64,000 bases of DNA. It comes from Narcine bancroftii (lineage: Eukaryota). Numbering within the stretch: position 1 is the stretch's first letter; each line of letters begins with the position of its first letter. The translations under genes and the position numbers were made by a program. The stretch spans positions 107,136,001-107,200,000 of the forward strand of contig NC_091477.1 in NCBI RefSeq assembly GCF_036971445.1, written 5' to 3'. The notes under the pieces were generated by a model that was not told the DNA's origin, searched no databases, and saw nothing but the letters and a program-made list of their open reading frames with translations. This document shows, piece after piece, positions 37,701 through 51,311 of the stretch.

Positions 37701-37831
37701 TATGTCAAAAATTACCACTTTAATTGCTTGCCAAATTTCAGAAGAATACTGTCCTACACCAGAAATGCACTTTGAAACTCAAAGCTCTTAAGTTTAGGGT
37801 AATGATAAACTGCCACCCACTCATCAGTGAT

Positions 37832-38014
37832 AAACAAGGAAATCTGCAGTACACAAAAAGTGCTGGAGAAACTCAGCAGGTCACACAGCATCCATAGAAA
37901 GTAAAAGTCTCCTGAAGAAAGGATCAGGCCTGAAACGTCGACCGCCTTTTACTTCCTGTGGATGCTGCGTGACCTGCTGAGTTTCTCCAGCACTTTTATG
38001 AACTGCTTCTATTT
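37832..38014 (+). mobile_element. Fold-back mini-Penelope with a complete hammerhead-like core in its loop
   Basis: ~60-bp inverted arms (37846-37906 / 37947-38006); loop cCTGAAGAaaggatcaggcctGAAACgtcgac; 9-bp direct repeat ATCAGTGAT at 37823-31 and 38015-23. Confidence 0.82.
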
Positions 38015-38879
38015 ATCAGTGATTTTCATCCAAACCAAGTTTAATGCTCACCTTCAACATATACTACACTGAGATTCTTGTAATAAAGAGATGGCTTCAG
38101 TATCCCTTGTCATCAAAAGATATTTGCAGCCTGAGTTATGTTCATGATTTAAGATTGTGCAATATGCTGCACGACTGTCCTGTACAAGAAAGCACTCTAT
38201 CCTCAGAGCATTGGGACACTTGAAACAGGCTGATGTACAATCTCAGTACTAAGTAATGGTCAGACTACTTCCAGTCACTTTATAATAAATCTAATTATGG
38301 ACAGCATTGGAGAATGAAGTGTTACACCCAACTTAAAATTTTATATGGGAATTGAATTTGAATTGCTATATTGGATTGCATTTCCTATTTTCTAATATCA
38401 GTCTTGCAAAGGTGTACACATTTTTGTTAGTTCATCTCTGAAGCTGGTCTCTGCACTTCAGCAAGGTCTAATCCATTTCTAATAAATGCAATTTATTTAA
38501 CCTATGAGCCTCCCTTTGTTCTGTTCAATCCATTCTTCATGTAGACTTGCCCAACAGGATACATGCACCATTCAATTAAAGGCAAGAGGAAATTATTACA
38601 AAGGAAAAAGAGGTTATGCATGATATGAGAGAGAATTATTTGATTAAAATCTCTCTCTAGTTATTTATTTGACAGATTCTCACCAGCTTTTAATACTCTT
38701 CATATTTCTAAAGGCAAAAACAGTGAAGAATTTTAATTCTTTTTAATTTATAATAATGCTGATGAAAATAATGTTCTGCATTAATAATGTTTCGTGTAAA
38801 ATAAATATTTGTGCAATGTAATTATTTCATGCTTTTCTGCTTTTAGGGTACACTTTTGTTGTGTTAATCTTAGATATGT

Positions 38880-39450
38880 TAGGTAAAAACATCTGCCAGC
38901 TTGAAATTGTAAGAGCCGTTTTCTTACTGCATCAGTCACACAGCATCCAAGGAAATCATTTTGGGTCTGGGCCCTTCTTCAATGTGCCAAAAATCAGGCA
39001 GATGATGAATAAGGTGCGTGGGGAAGAGGGAGGATCAGAGGCCAGTAGGTGATAGGTGGGAAAGGAAAGTAAAGAAAGGAGCTTAAGTGAAGGGGGGGAG
39101 TGAGGAGAGCAGAGGGCTGTGAAAAAAATGGCAGTAAGCTAGATGAACAGAGACAGAGGGATAGGGAAAGAGAAACTGGGGTTGGTGGGAGCAGGGGGTG
39201 GGTGAGTTTTCCAAAAATTGAAGTTGATATTGATGTTGTTTGGTTGGAGACTGCTAAGACGGAATATAAGGTGGTGTTCCCGCCCATGGACAAACATGTC
39301 AGTGTGGCAAAGGGGTGTGGAATTTAATGGTGGCCACTGGGATGTCCTTGATGTTGCAATGGAGAGAGCAAAGGTGCTCAATGAAGCAATTCCCCATTCT
39401 ATGGCCAATCTCCCTGGTATAGTTGAAGCACACTGTGACCATGGTTGTTG
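38880..39450 (-). mobile_element. Penelope-like element 3' end
   Basis: Translations IGHRMGNCFIEHLCS..PVATIKF and EHHLIFRLSSLQPNNININF. Confidence 0.8.
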
Positions 39451-40399
39451 TCATGTTTACTTCTTGACTTCGTGATAAATGAGCACTGAAGTTCAATTAA
39501 TGCCAGATGTGCATTTATTGCATAGGGCAGAGAATTTAGCCAGCAAGCCTGGAAATCTTTGTGTTACACATCCAAGTCAGAATTATCCACCAATAACCCA
39601 TTGGGTTATAACCCAGGATTATAGCAGAAAGTGAGGTTTGTCAACAAGTGGGGAAGAATAATTGGGCCAAATGAGAATTTGTTCCCTCCATAGGAGTTCC
39701 AGCCACAAGTCACTGACAGACATGGACCAGGTAGGGGGAGCAACGAAATAGTAATAAGTTGTAGCTCACTGCTTCAAGAATCTCCCAGAGCATCATTGAT
39801 AGTGGCTGGAGTCACATTCAAGATCACAACCAAGTGTGGGGTCGATGCAACTGAAGAGTGGGGAGAAATTGAGTGGAGTTAAAATGAAGGCCAAATATCT
39901 TCAACTTATCATTTAAAAAACTGGGTGAAGCACTTATGACTGAGAAACAGTCATATGTTCAAAAGGACATTGCCAGCACTGAATTTGACCTTTTCAGGCA
40001 CAGGACTAAATAAGATGGAATTATCCTTCAGATAATTATAGCATGAACCAATTTGCTGAATAGTGGCTCCAAGTAATTTCCATAAATATTTGATTCATCT
40101 ATGGGTGTCTGAAATTAATTTTTTACCACTGCAATACAAAAGGCCAAAGCCGTGCCCTTAAATTAAGAGTTGCTCTAAAAATTGGTTCCATTCTATGTGG
40201 ATTAGCAAGTCTTTGTAAAGTTCTGGCCTTTATTTAAAGTCAGAAGGGCAACATATTGTTGCCATAGGAACTGTGATGAAGAGCAAAACTCAAGATCTAT
40301 TATTAACAAAATATATTGCTCCATGGTAGGCTAATCAAAGGCTAAATTCATAACAAAATTTCTCTTTAAGTTCAAATTTCACACCCATGCCTAATTCAG

Positions 40400-41068
40400 G
40401 GTTGATGGCAAATGAAACAGACATCTTCAACAGGTCACTTCAGCAGGCCCATCATCCCTGTAAGTTTCAAGACAGCGACTGCACTTCCTGAGAAGACTGA
40501 AGTGGACAAGGCGACAAGCCACCATTATGTCATCCTTCTATAGGAGCTCTATCAAGAGCATCCTGGCCAGCTGCATCCCAGTGTGGTATGGTTACTGCAG
40601 AGAAATGGACAAGCCACAGGAAAATAAGAATGGCAGAGAGTATCAATGGCGTCTCCCTCCCTCCACCCGCTCCATCAATGTGATCTACTGAGATTGTTGT
40701 CTGAAAAGGGCATGCAAAATCATTGAGGACTCCTTCCACCCTTCACACAGCAAAATTCAGCAGCTCCCATTGGGAAAAGAATACAGGAGTATCAGAGCCA
40801 GTAAAACTAGCTAAGAAACAGCTTCTTTCCAAGAGCAGTGAAAATGCTAAACGACTAAAGGAGCTGTTCACACTAAATATCCAAGAGTCTCATATTCATG
40901 AAGCAATATTTATTTATTTGTATAGATGAATACTCGTCCTACCTATGTATTGTTTGTCTATATGTGTGTTATGTCTGGTTGTGTGTCTGCGAGTTTTGAA
41001 CCAAGGACCGCAGAACACAGTTTTGTCGGGTGGTACTTGTACAATCAGATGACATTAAACTTGACTTA
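40400..41068 (+). mobile_element. Rex1/Babar LINE fragment
   Basis: QRLHFLRRL- and FYRSSIKSIL..CI.VWYG-like translation; tail gacattaaacttgactt. Confidence 0.78.
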
Positions 41069-41729
41069 ACCAAATTAAGAACATTGCTTTAAATGTTGGT
41101 CCAGACTTGGTGAAGTGAAGGCAATTGAAAAGTTCAGAGGATCAAAGAATGACTCGGCACTGAAAAAATTGTCTTCTCTTTTTTCTTAAACAAGCTGGGT
41201 ATGTTTGTATCAGAGGTATTCTTCCTGATTATGCAAAAGTCGGAAAATAAGTTTGCAAATTTTGTTTTTCTGTTTTACCAATCACTTAATAATTTAATAA
41301 TTGTTGAGCAAAAGTTCTCTAATTATATGTTTGAGAGGTTGTGCAGAGTGGCTTAATGAGCCTTGACTGCCTGATATTTTCAGCTGTCTGAAAATGGTGT
41401 TGCAGGGATGTGATGAAGGGACCACATCAGCATGGGGCAGACCTCTTTGTCACTGGAAATGAATCTGGGAAGCAGCTTTACAACACACCACTGTGCGTCT
41501 GGTGAGCACGTTATAGAGCACATATTTCCAAAGCAAGGTCTCTTCACAATCAAGCAAGATCTTAAGTGCTTGTAGCTTGTGAACCTTGAATTATTGCAAC
41601 TCAGGCAGAATTCTGAGAAGACCTAGGAAAAAGCAATACAGAAATAATTAAAACCTGGAGAAATTCCTCATCCCACTAAAAATTGTATAAAGGGTTGGTC
41701 AAACTTTATCTGTGGAAAGAGAATCAAAG

Positions 41730-42005
41730 CCAACCCACCCCCTCCCAATCAATTCTCACCTTTCCTTCCATCCATACCCAATTAATACCTTTTGTCTGTT
41801 GGTCTGTACCCCTCCACTTCCTTTTCCTTTTCTCTTCATAGCCTTTTCATTCAGGTGCCTGCCTATTTTTACTCATCTCTCAAAGAAGGGCTCAGTTGAA
41901 GCATCACATATATATCTTTACCTCCAATGGACAACCTACTGAGTTGCTCCAGCATTTCTGAGTTTTTACTACAATCACAGCATCTGCATACTTTCATGTT
42001 TCTCT
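41730..42005 (+). mobile_element. Penelope pLTR remnant
   Basis: Similar to 8640-8880 and 25000-25250 (ttcaggtgcctgc..aagaagggctcag..ctccagcatt). Confidence 0.65.
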
Positions 42006-42349
42006 CAATGGAGTTAACAGTTCCGTTTTGACAAAGGGGATCTTATTGCACAGATGTTTCCTGAACTATAGAATGTTTTCAACATTATCTGTTTCAGATT
42101 TCCAACCTCAGCAGTTTTTAAATTTTTGGTCAACAAAGTTACTGATTAATGTTAATTGCATCAAGTTGTGCTTTAGATAATGTCATTGGATAACTGCCAC
42201 TTCAAGAATAGTTACCAAGTGAAATTACCAGACAAAATCTATAGACAAAAACATTTCTTTAAGAACTCGTCAGGTCAAGCAACATCGGTGGAGGCAAAAA
42301 GTTGTAAGTTAACATTTCAAACTGCTATTACTGGCAATCTCTCCTTCTC

Positions 42350-42810
42350 CCCTTAGTCCTAACCCTGAATCAGGACTGCATCAGGATGAAGGGGAAGAGG
42401 AGATGGCCAGTATGTAGCAGCATGAAGGGGTTTGGGCAGAGCTGGTAGGCGATAGATGAACCTGAGGGGGAGGGAATGATGGACAGATAGAACCAGGAGG
42501 ATGAGGGCTGGGACTGAGGTGGAAGGTGATAGGTGGAATCCGATTGGAAGTAGATGACTAGAAGATAGAGGCAGGTGGGGGATGGAGAGGAAAGTGGATG
42601 GCAAAGGTGAACAAAGAAAGGAAAATTAAATAGATACATGTGAATTGAATTGAACAGTTTATTGTCAGAAGAAATCCCAGGGTGGGTTATCTAAAATTAG
42701 AAAATGTAATATTTACACTCTTGGGTTGTAAACTTCTGAAGCAGAATATGAGATGTTGTCCTTCTAATATGCACCTGACCTCCCCATAGCATTGGAGAAG
42801 CCTAGGGCTA
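42350..42810 (-). mobile_element. Older Penelope 3' remnant
   Basis: Minus strand EGQHLIFCFRSLQPKSVNITFSNF-like segment (42690-42770), followed by a pyrimidine-rich UTR. Confidence 0.55.
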
Positions 42811-44289
42811 CCCAGGTGCTGCAGTTTGAAAAGGCCTATTGAGGCAGCTCATGCTCCTCTTCTTGAGTATGAAGCAGGTGGGAATCTCCAACTGCAGCAG
42901 TGAAAGATTGAAAATATCTGTGAATGCTCTGGTTGGCACAGATTTTCAGTACCCTATCAGGTACGCTATCAGGGCCTTATGTCTTGAGAGAGTTCATTCT
43001 CTTGAAAGATGTTCTGAGGATGGATGATGAACCTTTATCTGTTTAAAACAACTTATGTTCATGGTTTAAACAATGCATGTTCATGCATTTTTATCCTTTT
43101 TGTGTTCCTTTATCTGTACTTTCAAGGCCCATCTGTCCTCACCTCAGAGCTTTCATTCAGTTTTTTCTCTCTAAGTATTCCATCAACGTATCAATATGTT
43201 CTCTACAACTTATCCCCACAGCCATCCTGGACTCACTCATTTAGCGAGATTCCCTTTGTCCTTTCTCTTCCTACCTCATCTTCTCTGCATCTTAAAAATT
43301 GTTATATTCTTTCCCATCCTCTGAAAAATCTTCAAACTGAAAAATTAACCTTTGTTCCTCCTTCAAAAGATTGAGTCTTTCCTGTTTTAGTTCAAATTTT
43401 TAGCATCTGGAATGTTTGATTTTATTTATTATAAATGTGATTATCCACCTCATGAATAATGGGAAGGAAGAGTGGAAGAGAGAGAGAGTGAAAGAGAGAG
43501 AGAGAGAGAGCTAAGTGATAGAAATGGAAGGACTGAGGCTTATTTTTCCTCAATGCTTACCACTTCTAGATTTGAAATAAGTCAAAGAGAGTTTGGCAAA
43601 AGAAGGTAGCAATCAAGAATGATACTGAAGTACAGTGTGTGAATATTGAAAGAAAGGGATGGGCAGAGAATAAAAATGCACATCAGAATTGAATGTCTTA
43701 GCAAAGGAGGGAACTCAATGGCAGCAAGATGGTGCTACAATTAGAACCAGGAGAGAATAGAGGCCAGTCAGTGAACAATTGGATGAAGGGGGGGGGGGGG
43801 GGGGGAGAAATGTGGAGAAAATAAAATGGGACTGATGTTCAAATAGTATAAGTGGGTGCTTGATAGTCAGCATGGTCTTGGTGGTCTGAAGGGCCTGTTT
43901 CCATGCTGGAAAACTCTATGAATATGTTCTGCACCAAGGTGTAACTTGACTGGTGGAGCCCATATACACTGGCCAGGACAGAAGATTAATTAATTAGAGG
44001 GGTCAAATGGATTTTTGCAAGAGGGGATATGTGATGGGATCTCTTGGGAGAAAAGGAAGATAAAAGAACGAGCCAGAATTGGAAGATTTTGGTGAGAATT
44101 TCCGAGAGATTAAGAGCAATCTTGATAATCTCTTAAACTGGGCATTGACTTTTACAGTCAGATAGATAGACTTTACTCTCTGTTGAGGTCAGTCCAGATC
44201 ATCAATTGGCTTCCTGCTCCCAGGAGTTGAAGCAATTTACCAAGTGCTGATTGATGGAATTAGCAAACTGGAGTTTAAATTTAAAATCG

Positions 44290-44950
44290 TGCATTCCGAA
44301 TGCTGGTGGCTCCATACAGGCTTCAAATGCATGTTAAAGGAGCTGATGGTGTTTGTAAGTAAAATCCTGCAACCGCAGAGGTTTGTGCCCAAGATGGTAG
44401 CGCCTGTGCTCGACAGCGGCCACGAAGGGTTGCAGACTCCGGGAGAGCAGTGGACTGGTACAAGGCATTAATAACAGAGAGAACACCCCTTACTGAAAAG
44501 GAGAAGCAGAAATGATGACCTATAGGACAATGACCATGGAGGTGGACCAGCAAGGGGCTCAGTGGCTGAAGAACTCACACAGCCTTCAGGCGACTTGCAG
44601 TTAGGGGACCCACATGGGCTGTGGGGTGCTGAAAACTGGTTCACGGGAGCCAGGAACTGAATCTGGGATTCATGAGGGTGTTGAGGGCAAGAAGGTCTTC
44701 CAAAGGGCCTCTAGCACTGAAGCCTTCCTGATTGTGTTGGAGAATTGGATCTGGAGCTCGGCTTGCCAATGAATTGAACAGGATTCAGTGCCACAGACAC
44801 TCAGTAATTCTGAAGGGACTCTCTTTTCCCCCTTACTGTAAAGGGCACCAGGAGTAAAGGGCGACTCTTTGCCTTACGGCAGGCAGAAGGAAATTTTTTT
44901 GTAGTATTACATATTTGGTATTATTACATGATTATCAAGGAATCTTGAAA
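44290..44950 (+). mobile_element. Non-coding ~0.66-kb retroposon (family shared with 20900-21670; tail shared with the 5S-SINE)
   Basis: Contains cccaagatggtagcg and the tail gggcgactctttgccttacggcaggcag..catgattatcaaggaatcttgaa. Confidence 0.65.
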
Positions 44951-45299
44951 ATTTAATGATGCAGTACATTTTGGAGGCCTGTCCAGCACATGAAACTCCT
45001 GCAGACCAATTACACCGAATTAACCTAGCAAACTCATGGCTTTGGAGTGTGCAGGAACCCAAAGGAAAAGTTGGGTCAATGGACCAGTCAGTAATTGAGG
45101 GAGGTCAGGAGTTGATAGTGGGAGATTCAGGGGCAGCTGAACTAAAATTATTCCCCATAGTGGAAGAATGGGAAGGCAGATTGGGGACAAATGCCAGCCT
45201 GAAACTTTTTCTTCCTATGGAAGCTCCTATTGCTGTCTAAGTTTCTCCAGCGCTTTTGTGGATTCCAGTCTACCACATCTGCAGATGTTTAATTATTGG

Positions 45300-46560
45300 G
45301 GGATTGACGTGGCGAGAAAGAGAAGGGGGCAGCCAGAGAAGAGATGGGGTGATCTGGCTGGATGTCGGGAACCAAAAGCCAATTGTTTGTCCTTCCTCGC
45401 TGTGGAAAAGACAGGGCTGTCACTTTAAGGCCAGCTGTATTGCGTCCGACTCCCACCCCTGTGCCAATCCAAGCAGAGTGATCCAGCTCTCTGGCGCCGG
45501 AATCCTGGGAAACGTCCTTGAGCTGGGCACAGACCGTCACCCAATGTGCGCGAGTGGGGCTCTGAGCCAAAGGCAGGTCCGTCGATGCAGGCAACAGAGC
45601 AGCATCCTTCGCACTCAGCGTGAACAACTCTCTGAGAGGCAGAAATACTTGAGCATCAGTCAGGTAAACCTCAACCTCCCGACACGCTGGACCGGTTTCA
45701 GGGATGGTCGGTTATTTGTCTAACTTTTCCCGTTAAAGCTTTGCAGGTGGGAAAGAGCAACAGCGCTAATCGGGGCGATCTCAGATCGAAGGTCTGTTTC
45801 CCATGGACAAAGAAAGCATGAAGGACGGTGGAGTGGAAATGGTTCTTTTAATAAAGAATCATTATGCCCAACCCATCCTATCGCTTCGAAACTGGATTCA
45901 TGCAGTGCTGTCCCCTAATTTGAGATATTTAAAGTATTTATGAATTCCAGTTCTCTCTGCTAAAGATTTTTGTTTTGGTAAACTCTGAACATATAAAACA
46001 TTTACGAGCGCTTTTCAGTCGAGGATTTTAAAAAATGATGACAACCCCATAAGGTTTCCCTTTCCCAGACCGGAGTCTCAACTCGCAACAGCCCCGAAGT
46101 CTCAATTTAGCGTTGAGCCAACATTTGCTCCCCTTTGTAATTAAAAAAAAGTTTTACTCGTGTAGTTTTATTCTAAACGAAAGAGAAACCACTTGTGTCC
46201 CCGATATTTTGAAGGAGAAATACCTGAATGAATATACCTGATGGAAGGCGACTTTTATTTCCCAACAAGGCATCTCTAACGAAATTGACCTTGGCTGGAT
46301 CTGTTCCTTTCAGCTCTGAGCACCCTGAGCTCAGTGGTGTAACTTCGAAACAAATGCTTTGTTTCTGACGCCCAAAATCAGGGGAAACTTTCTTTTCCGC
46401 TATCCGGAAAATGTGATTGTTTCAGGCTAAAATAAAACAATCTATCTTGAAACATAAACGAGATATTTAAGGGAGTTTTCCACTTGCATGCAATGACTGC
46501 ATTTCTGAATCTACGAGACGAGGCGACCCCTCCCTGGTCATTGGCAACTCTTTTCTCTCG
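45300..46560 (+). promoter_or_regulatory. Probable promoter and non-coding first exon region of the vwa5b2-like gene
   Basis: Non-repetitive and CpG-enriched relative to its flanks; TGACGT (45305), CACCC box (~45454), CCAAT at 45464 and 45541; donor CAG|gtaaac at 45663/45664; the ATG exon has an upstream acceptor and so needs an upstream exon. Confidence 0.55.
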
Positions 46561-49411
46561 TCTAGAGATGTTATTTTAGGGGGACCTCGATAATTCAACA
46601 AAATAACTAATGTTCATCTCTGAGCCCAGACAGAGAGTGAATAGGCCCTGCACTTTCCGCTGCCACCTTCCTACTGTGTCTCTGCTCACTTTCGCTTCTC
46701 TTTCCAACTTCCCTGGAATTGCAGGGCCCCCATTTCCCATCCTGTATTCCCATTGGCTCTCCGTCACTTCACTGTGATCATGCTTCCACCAAACCCTCCT
46801 CTGCATTTGTCTCTCAGCAGGGGTATCGTTATTTACCTCCTTGAGTAAATGCACCATCCTCACTGACTTTTGGGAATCTGTGACCCGATGACTTCTCATT
46901 GTGGAGAAAGAATATTCAAGAAAGTGCCAAGAACATAAACTAAATGGAGAAGTCCTTGCATAAACCCCCCTCAGGCACCTCATAGTCTATCTGAGGAAGG
47001 GTCCACAGTTCCCACATTGGCATCATCAGGCACTGCAGAACCCACAAAACCAGAGTGGAAGCAAGTCATTCCTGGTCCTAAATGACTGAGAAGAAGATTC
47101 TGTTTTACAAGGATTCCAAGCAGCCAATTTAGACCAATTTCCCCTTGCATCCATAGCAGATAACTCATCATTGTAATAGAACAATTTTCTGAGCAAGAAC
47201 TTCCCAAATTCCATAGCTCTTGATTAAAATTGGAAAAATAATATATGCATACCCCTACTGTGAATACTTTAGTCTACTCCACAGATGTTGTTCAACTTGC
47301 TGAATATTTCCAGTATTTCATTCTCCAACATCTCTACAGTATTTTGCATTCATATTTAGTTGGTACTTGGAATCTTAAGTATCATATGCTTTTAGTATTG
47401 CTGCATTAACATAAATCTACCAGAATATTTTGTATTCTTGATAATTTAAACTTTTCTCCGTGTTCTGAGTTGTGTTTGTCACATCTAAATCCAGCACCTC
47501 CTTCTTAATCAATACAAACGTTACCAGTATCCTTGCTTTATTTATAAATTTATATTATAGTCACTATTCTTTAGAATGTGGAAATAAATTTTATTGTCCA
47601 TATTCTAAATTACATGGTCATTGCTCGAAAGGCTTTCATGTATTTCCATTCCTAATTGTCCTTGAAAAGGTTATGGCAGATGATCTTATTGAGCTACTGC
47701 TATCTTGTGAGGGTACTTTTACTGTCTTGATGGTGAGAAAGTTACAGAGTATGGATCCAGTGATATTAAAGGAACACAGATGCATTGATGTTTGATGTGG
47801 AATAGAACTTTCAGATGGTAATGTTCCTTTATTTTTGCTACACCTGTTGCAGACTTTGTAAAGCTTCTTCTATATGTTTCCTTGAGTTTAAATATGAAAT
47901 TATGATAATATTATTAATCACTCTGCTTAGACAAAGTCTGGGAAAGGAAGGCTGGTTTAAAATCACTTGCTTGTGTCATGCTTAACTTGTGATCCAAATA
48001 GTTTCTTATGGTCCTCTTAAAACATTTGCCATTACTCTATCCTTGACCTAATAATATGATAACAGATCACAATAGTACAATTAGCATAGCTTAGTGATTC
48101 ATCTGCTTTACAAAACAGGAAGGTTAAAGTGAAACAAACTTTAAACTGTGCAATTGAAAAAAAAAGTTTTCACTCCAATTAATGAACAGATTTCATCTCT
48201 ATGGTTTAGTTTTCTTATGGTTTTAAATTAATTGCATTTGAAGATCTTTTGGGCTCGTCCACAACTGTTGCTTATATTTTAAAGATAAAAGCTGGAAAAA
48301 AAAAGATGAACTCTGCCTGGTGCACTATCCTCAGGGCTAAACAACTAACTCAATCGTAAACATGGATGATCTTTCATATAACTTTAATTATGAACAATGC
48401 AGGCTTGAATTAGCTATGGTTTACTTAGCCTGGCACAGATATCAGGTGTTTGCACTTGATCCATTCTGATAAAAAGGAAAACTCATGATCAAGCAACAGA
48501 TGGTGGATGTAAATCAACCTTTTAGTGGAACATTTGAAATCTGGTGTGAGGTGTACACACTTGCAGGAAATCCGTATCTAATAATTGTGAGCATAGTTGT
48601 ACCTTTTTATCACCAATGGATCAAATACTTGTTGTTGGTAATTAGAACACCAGACATTGGAAATCTGAAATAAAAATAAAGAATGCTGGAAATACATAAA
48701 AGGTGAAGGGACAGTTTTTTTTTTACACACATGGGTGTCTGGATCAGACTGTCAGAAGTAGTGGTGAAAGCAAACAAGAAAGGGGCTTCTTGGAATACAT
48801 GGGAATGAAGAAATATGGATGCACTGCCATGAAATGTTTAGTTTAAGTTGGGATCATGATCAATGCAGACATCATGGACCAAAGAGCCTTATATGTGCTG
48901 TATTATCTATGTTCCATGAAATAGCAGATTAAGGAACATGTGTGGAGAGAGAAACAGTTAATGTTTCAGGTTGATAAACCTGCATCACAACTTATCAGAA
49001 TTTATTGTTAGAACTCATCGAAGTTAAAGCTTATTTGTTTTGTGGTGATGGTTAAAGGCTGCTGGTTAAATTGCAAACTGTTACTCCATTGCCACTCTTC
49101 CGGCAGTTTCTCAAAAATAAATTCAAATTACTTTCTGATTTTTTTGGGGAGCTTTTATTGAAATACAAAAACAAAACCACCATAAAAAATCTTGTGTTAA
49201 AACCATGAGGTGAGAGAAATCTACTGGTTTCAACATGTATCATGGCAAGTCCATTTCTGTGGCAGGTGTGTTGGGCCATGGCAATTTTGGGCTGTTCCTT
49301 TCAAATAATTTTTCATTTGTTTTATTTTAAATCTTCAGATCGTCCAGCCCTATATTAAAGATATGGTTTTGTGTAGTGCTTTGGTCTTCTTACTGTAAAG
49401 CAAATTCTCCA

Positions 49412-50000
49412 ATTGAAGATGACTTGCTTCCCTACAGTTTTGTGTGTTCTGATGCAATTGATGAGGCCAATGTAGGACTCACAGACTCTGCGACAGGTGG
49501 GGGGAAATAAATGGTTTATGGGATGGATAGATTGAGAGCTGGGATGTTTCTTTCTCCATTTGTATTGGGCTTCTCTGTGCTCCTGACATAGGGACTCAAG
49601 GTTCTCAATGTCAGTTTGAATACTCCTCCTTCACGTTAATCATTCATGGGCCAGGATATACCAGGATGTGGTTGCTGCACTTCTTCAAGAAGAATTTAAG
49701 AACAGTTTTTCATCTCCCTTCCTGATAATCTCTCTCCTTGGCAGAGCTTGGACTAGTGTATCTGTTTTGAAAGTTTGATGTCAGGCATGCATACATTGTG
49801 GTCTGTTCAAGGGAACCAATTAAATGTAATTAGGCCCTCATTGCTGGGGATGTTGTCTGGTTGGGAGTGCTGACATTGGCTGAGATGATTTGCAAAATTT
49901 TGCAGAGGCTATCTTACTGTTTTCTCTCCTGTGCTTTCACATGCCTGGAGTAAGAAGAATACAGAAGGGCGGTGATCATTGCCACTCAGTACATTATGAA
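49412..50000 (-). mobile_element. Old RTE 3' fragment
   Basis: Minus strand PTCRRVCESYIGLINCIRTH-like zinc motif; LRW.G-type upstream region. Confidence 0.6.
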
Positions 50001-50769
50001 CCATTGATGGACTATGTCTAACATACATTGTAGACTACCTTTGTCCTGGAAGAAATGAGAGAAGAAATGTGCTGCACTTGGCTTGAAGTGATTGTAGTAA
50101 AATATTTATGATCTGATTAAAAGTTGAAAGAAGATGCAAGAGTAACTTTGAAAAAGAAATGGACATTTGTTTGGTTAAGTTAGTTGATCAACAGCCAGAC
50201 TTATAGACCATTGATCCAGGAAAAAGTGTTGACTGTAGGGAATTTAAGTTCAAGTAATAAATAAATTTGAAATTTAAAAATCCTAGTCCTAGTTGTAAAG
50301 CCATCAATTTATGTAACTCTCATTGTTCACAAAGGGGGGGTGTGGAAGGAAAATTTCTGTCCTTAAAGTTTGGCCTATACATAACTCAGACTCATCAACA
50401 TGACTCAAACTGCTTCCTCAGTTCAGGCAATTACAGATGAAAAATAAATACAGTACAAAGACTGCTGGTAACACCCACATCCTGTGAATGAATAAATAAA
50501 ACAAATACAAAAAAAATCGAGATGGAGAAGTGAATAGGAACAAATTAGAATGTTTTAAAGAGTCCTTGCAGATTTTGTTCTTGTTTTTCATTCAAGTCTC
50601 GGTAACTACATTGTCATGAGACCGTAGCCTCAGCAGCTTAGACCAGCTCAAGGTGTCTTCTTCTTTGTTTCCTCAAGCACATGCATGTTTGTTTGTTTCT
50701 GCCTGCTGAACAGCATGCACATCATTTTTACTGATATCATACATTGTTAATTTAAAGATTTAAAAAATG

Positions 50770-51080
50770 TTCAGTGTAGCAGTTAGGGCAACACCATTAC
50801 AGTGCCAGTGACCCGAAGAGTTGGATAAGTATATAGATGGGAGGGGGGAATGGAGGGATATGGGCAGAGTGCTGGTAAGTGGGATTAGAGGAGGGGACTT
50901 GGTTCAGTGCGGACTAGAAGGGCCAAATTGGCCTGTTTCCATGCTGTGATTGTTATATGGTTATATGTGGATTTCCTCTCACCCTCCAAAAACATATGGG
51001 GCTTGTATTCTAATTGATGTGTTTTAGTGGCACGGGCTTGTGGGCCGGAAGTGGCTGTTACTGTGCTGCTGTATCTCGAA
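50770..51080 (+). mobile_element. V-SINE interrupted by a CR1 3' end (~50815-50965)
   Basis: SINE head ..accattacagtgccagtgaccc, then a CR1 tail (as at 2240-2380), then the SINE 3' half (aaaacatatgggg..gcacgggcttgtgggccggaag). Confidence 0.7.
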
Positions 51081-51311
51081 TATTTCAAAAGAACAATCCA
51101 AATTCTTGACATGTGTGGGATTTGAAGCATGGTTTCTCCATAATATTAGTTCGAGTAAGAATAGAATGTTCAGTTGGGCTAGTCTGGATCCCTTTTAGTT
51201 TAATGACGGACAGGAAGATGCAACTTTTGTAGGGTGAAACAACAAATCATCCTGGATTTGAAAAATATTTGAGCATATTTACCTTCCAATCAGCCAGTCT
51301 GATGTAGGGAT

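Noticed and set aside
45256-45723. 155-aa and 112-aa overlapping ORFs
   Set aside because: They are expected from locally high GC in a promoter-like region and resemble no known protein.
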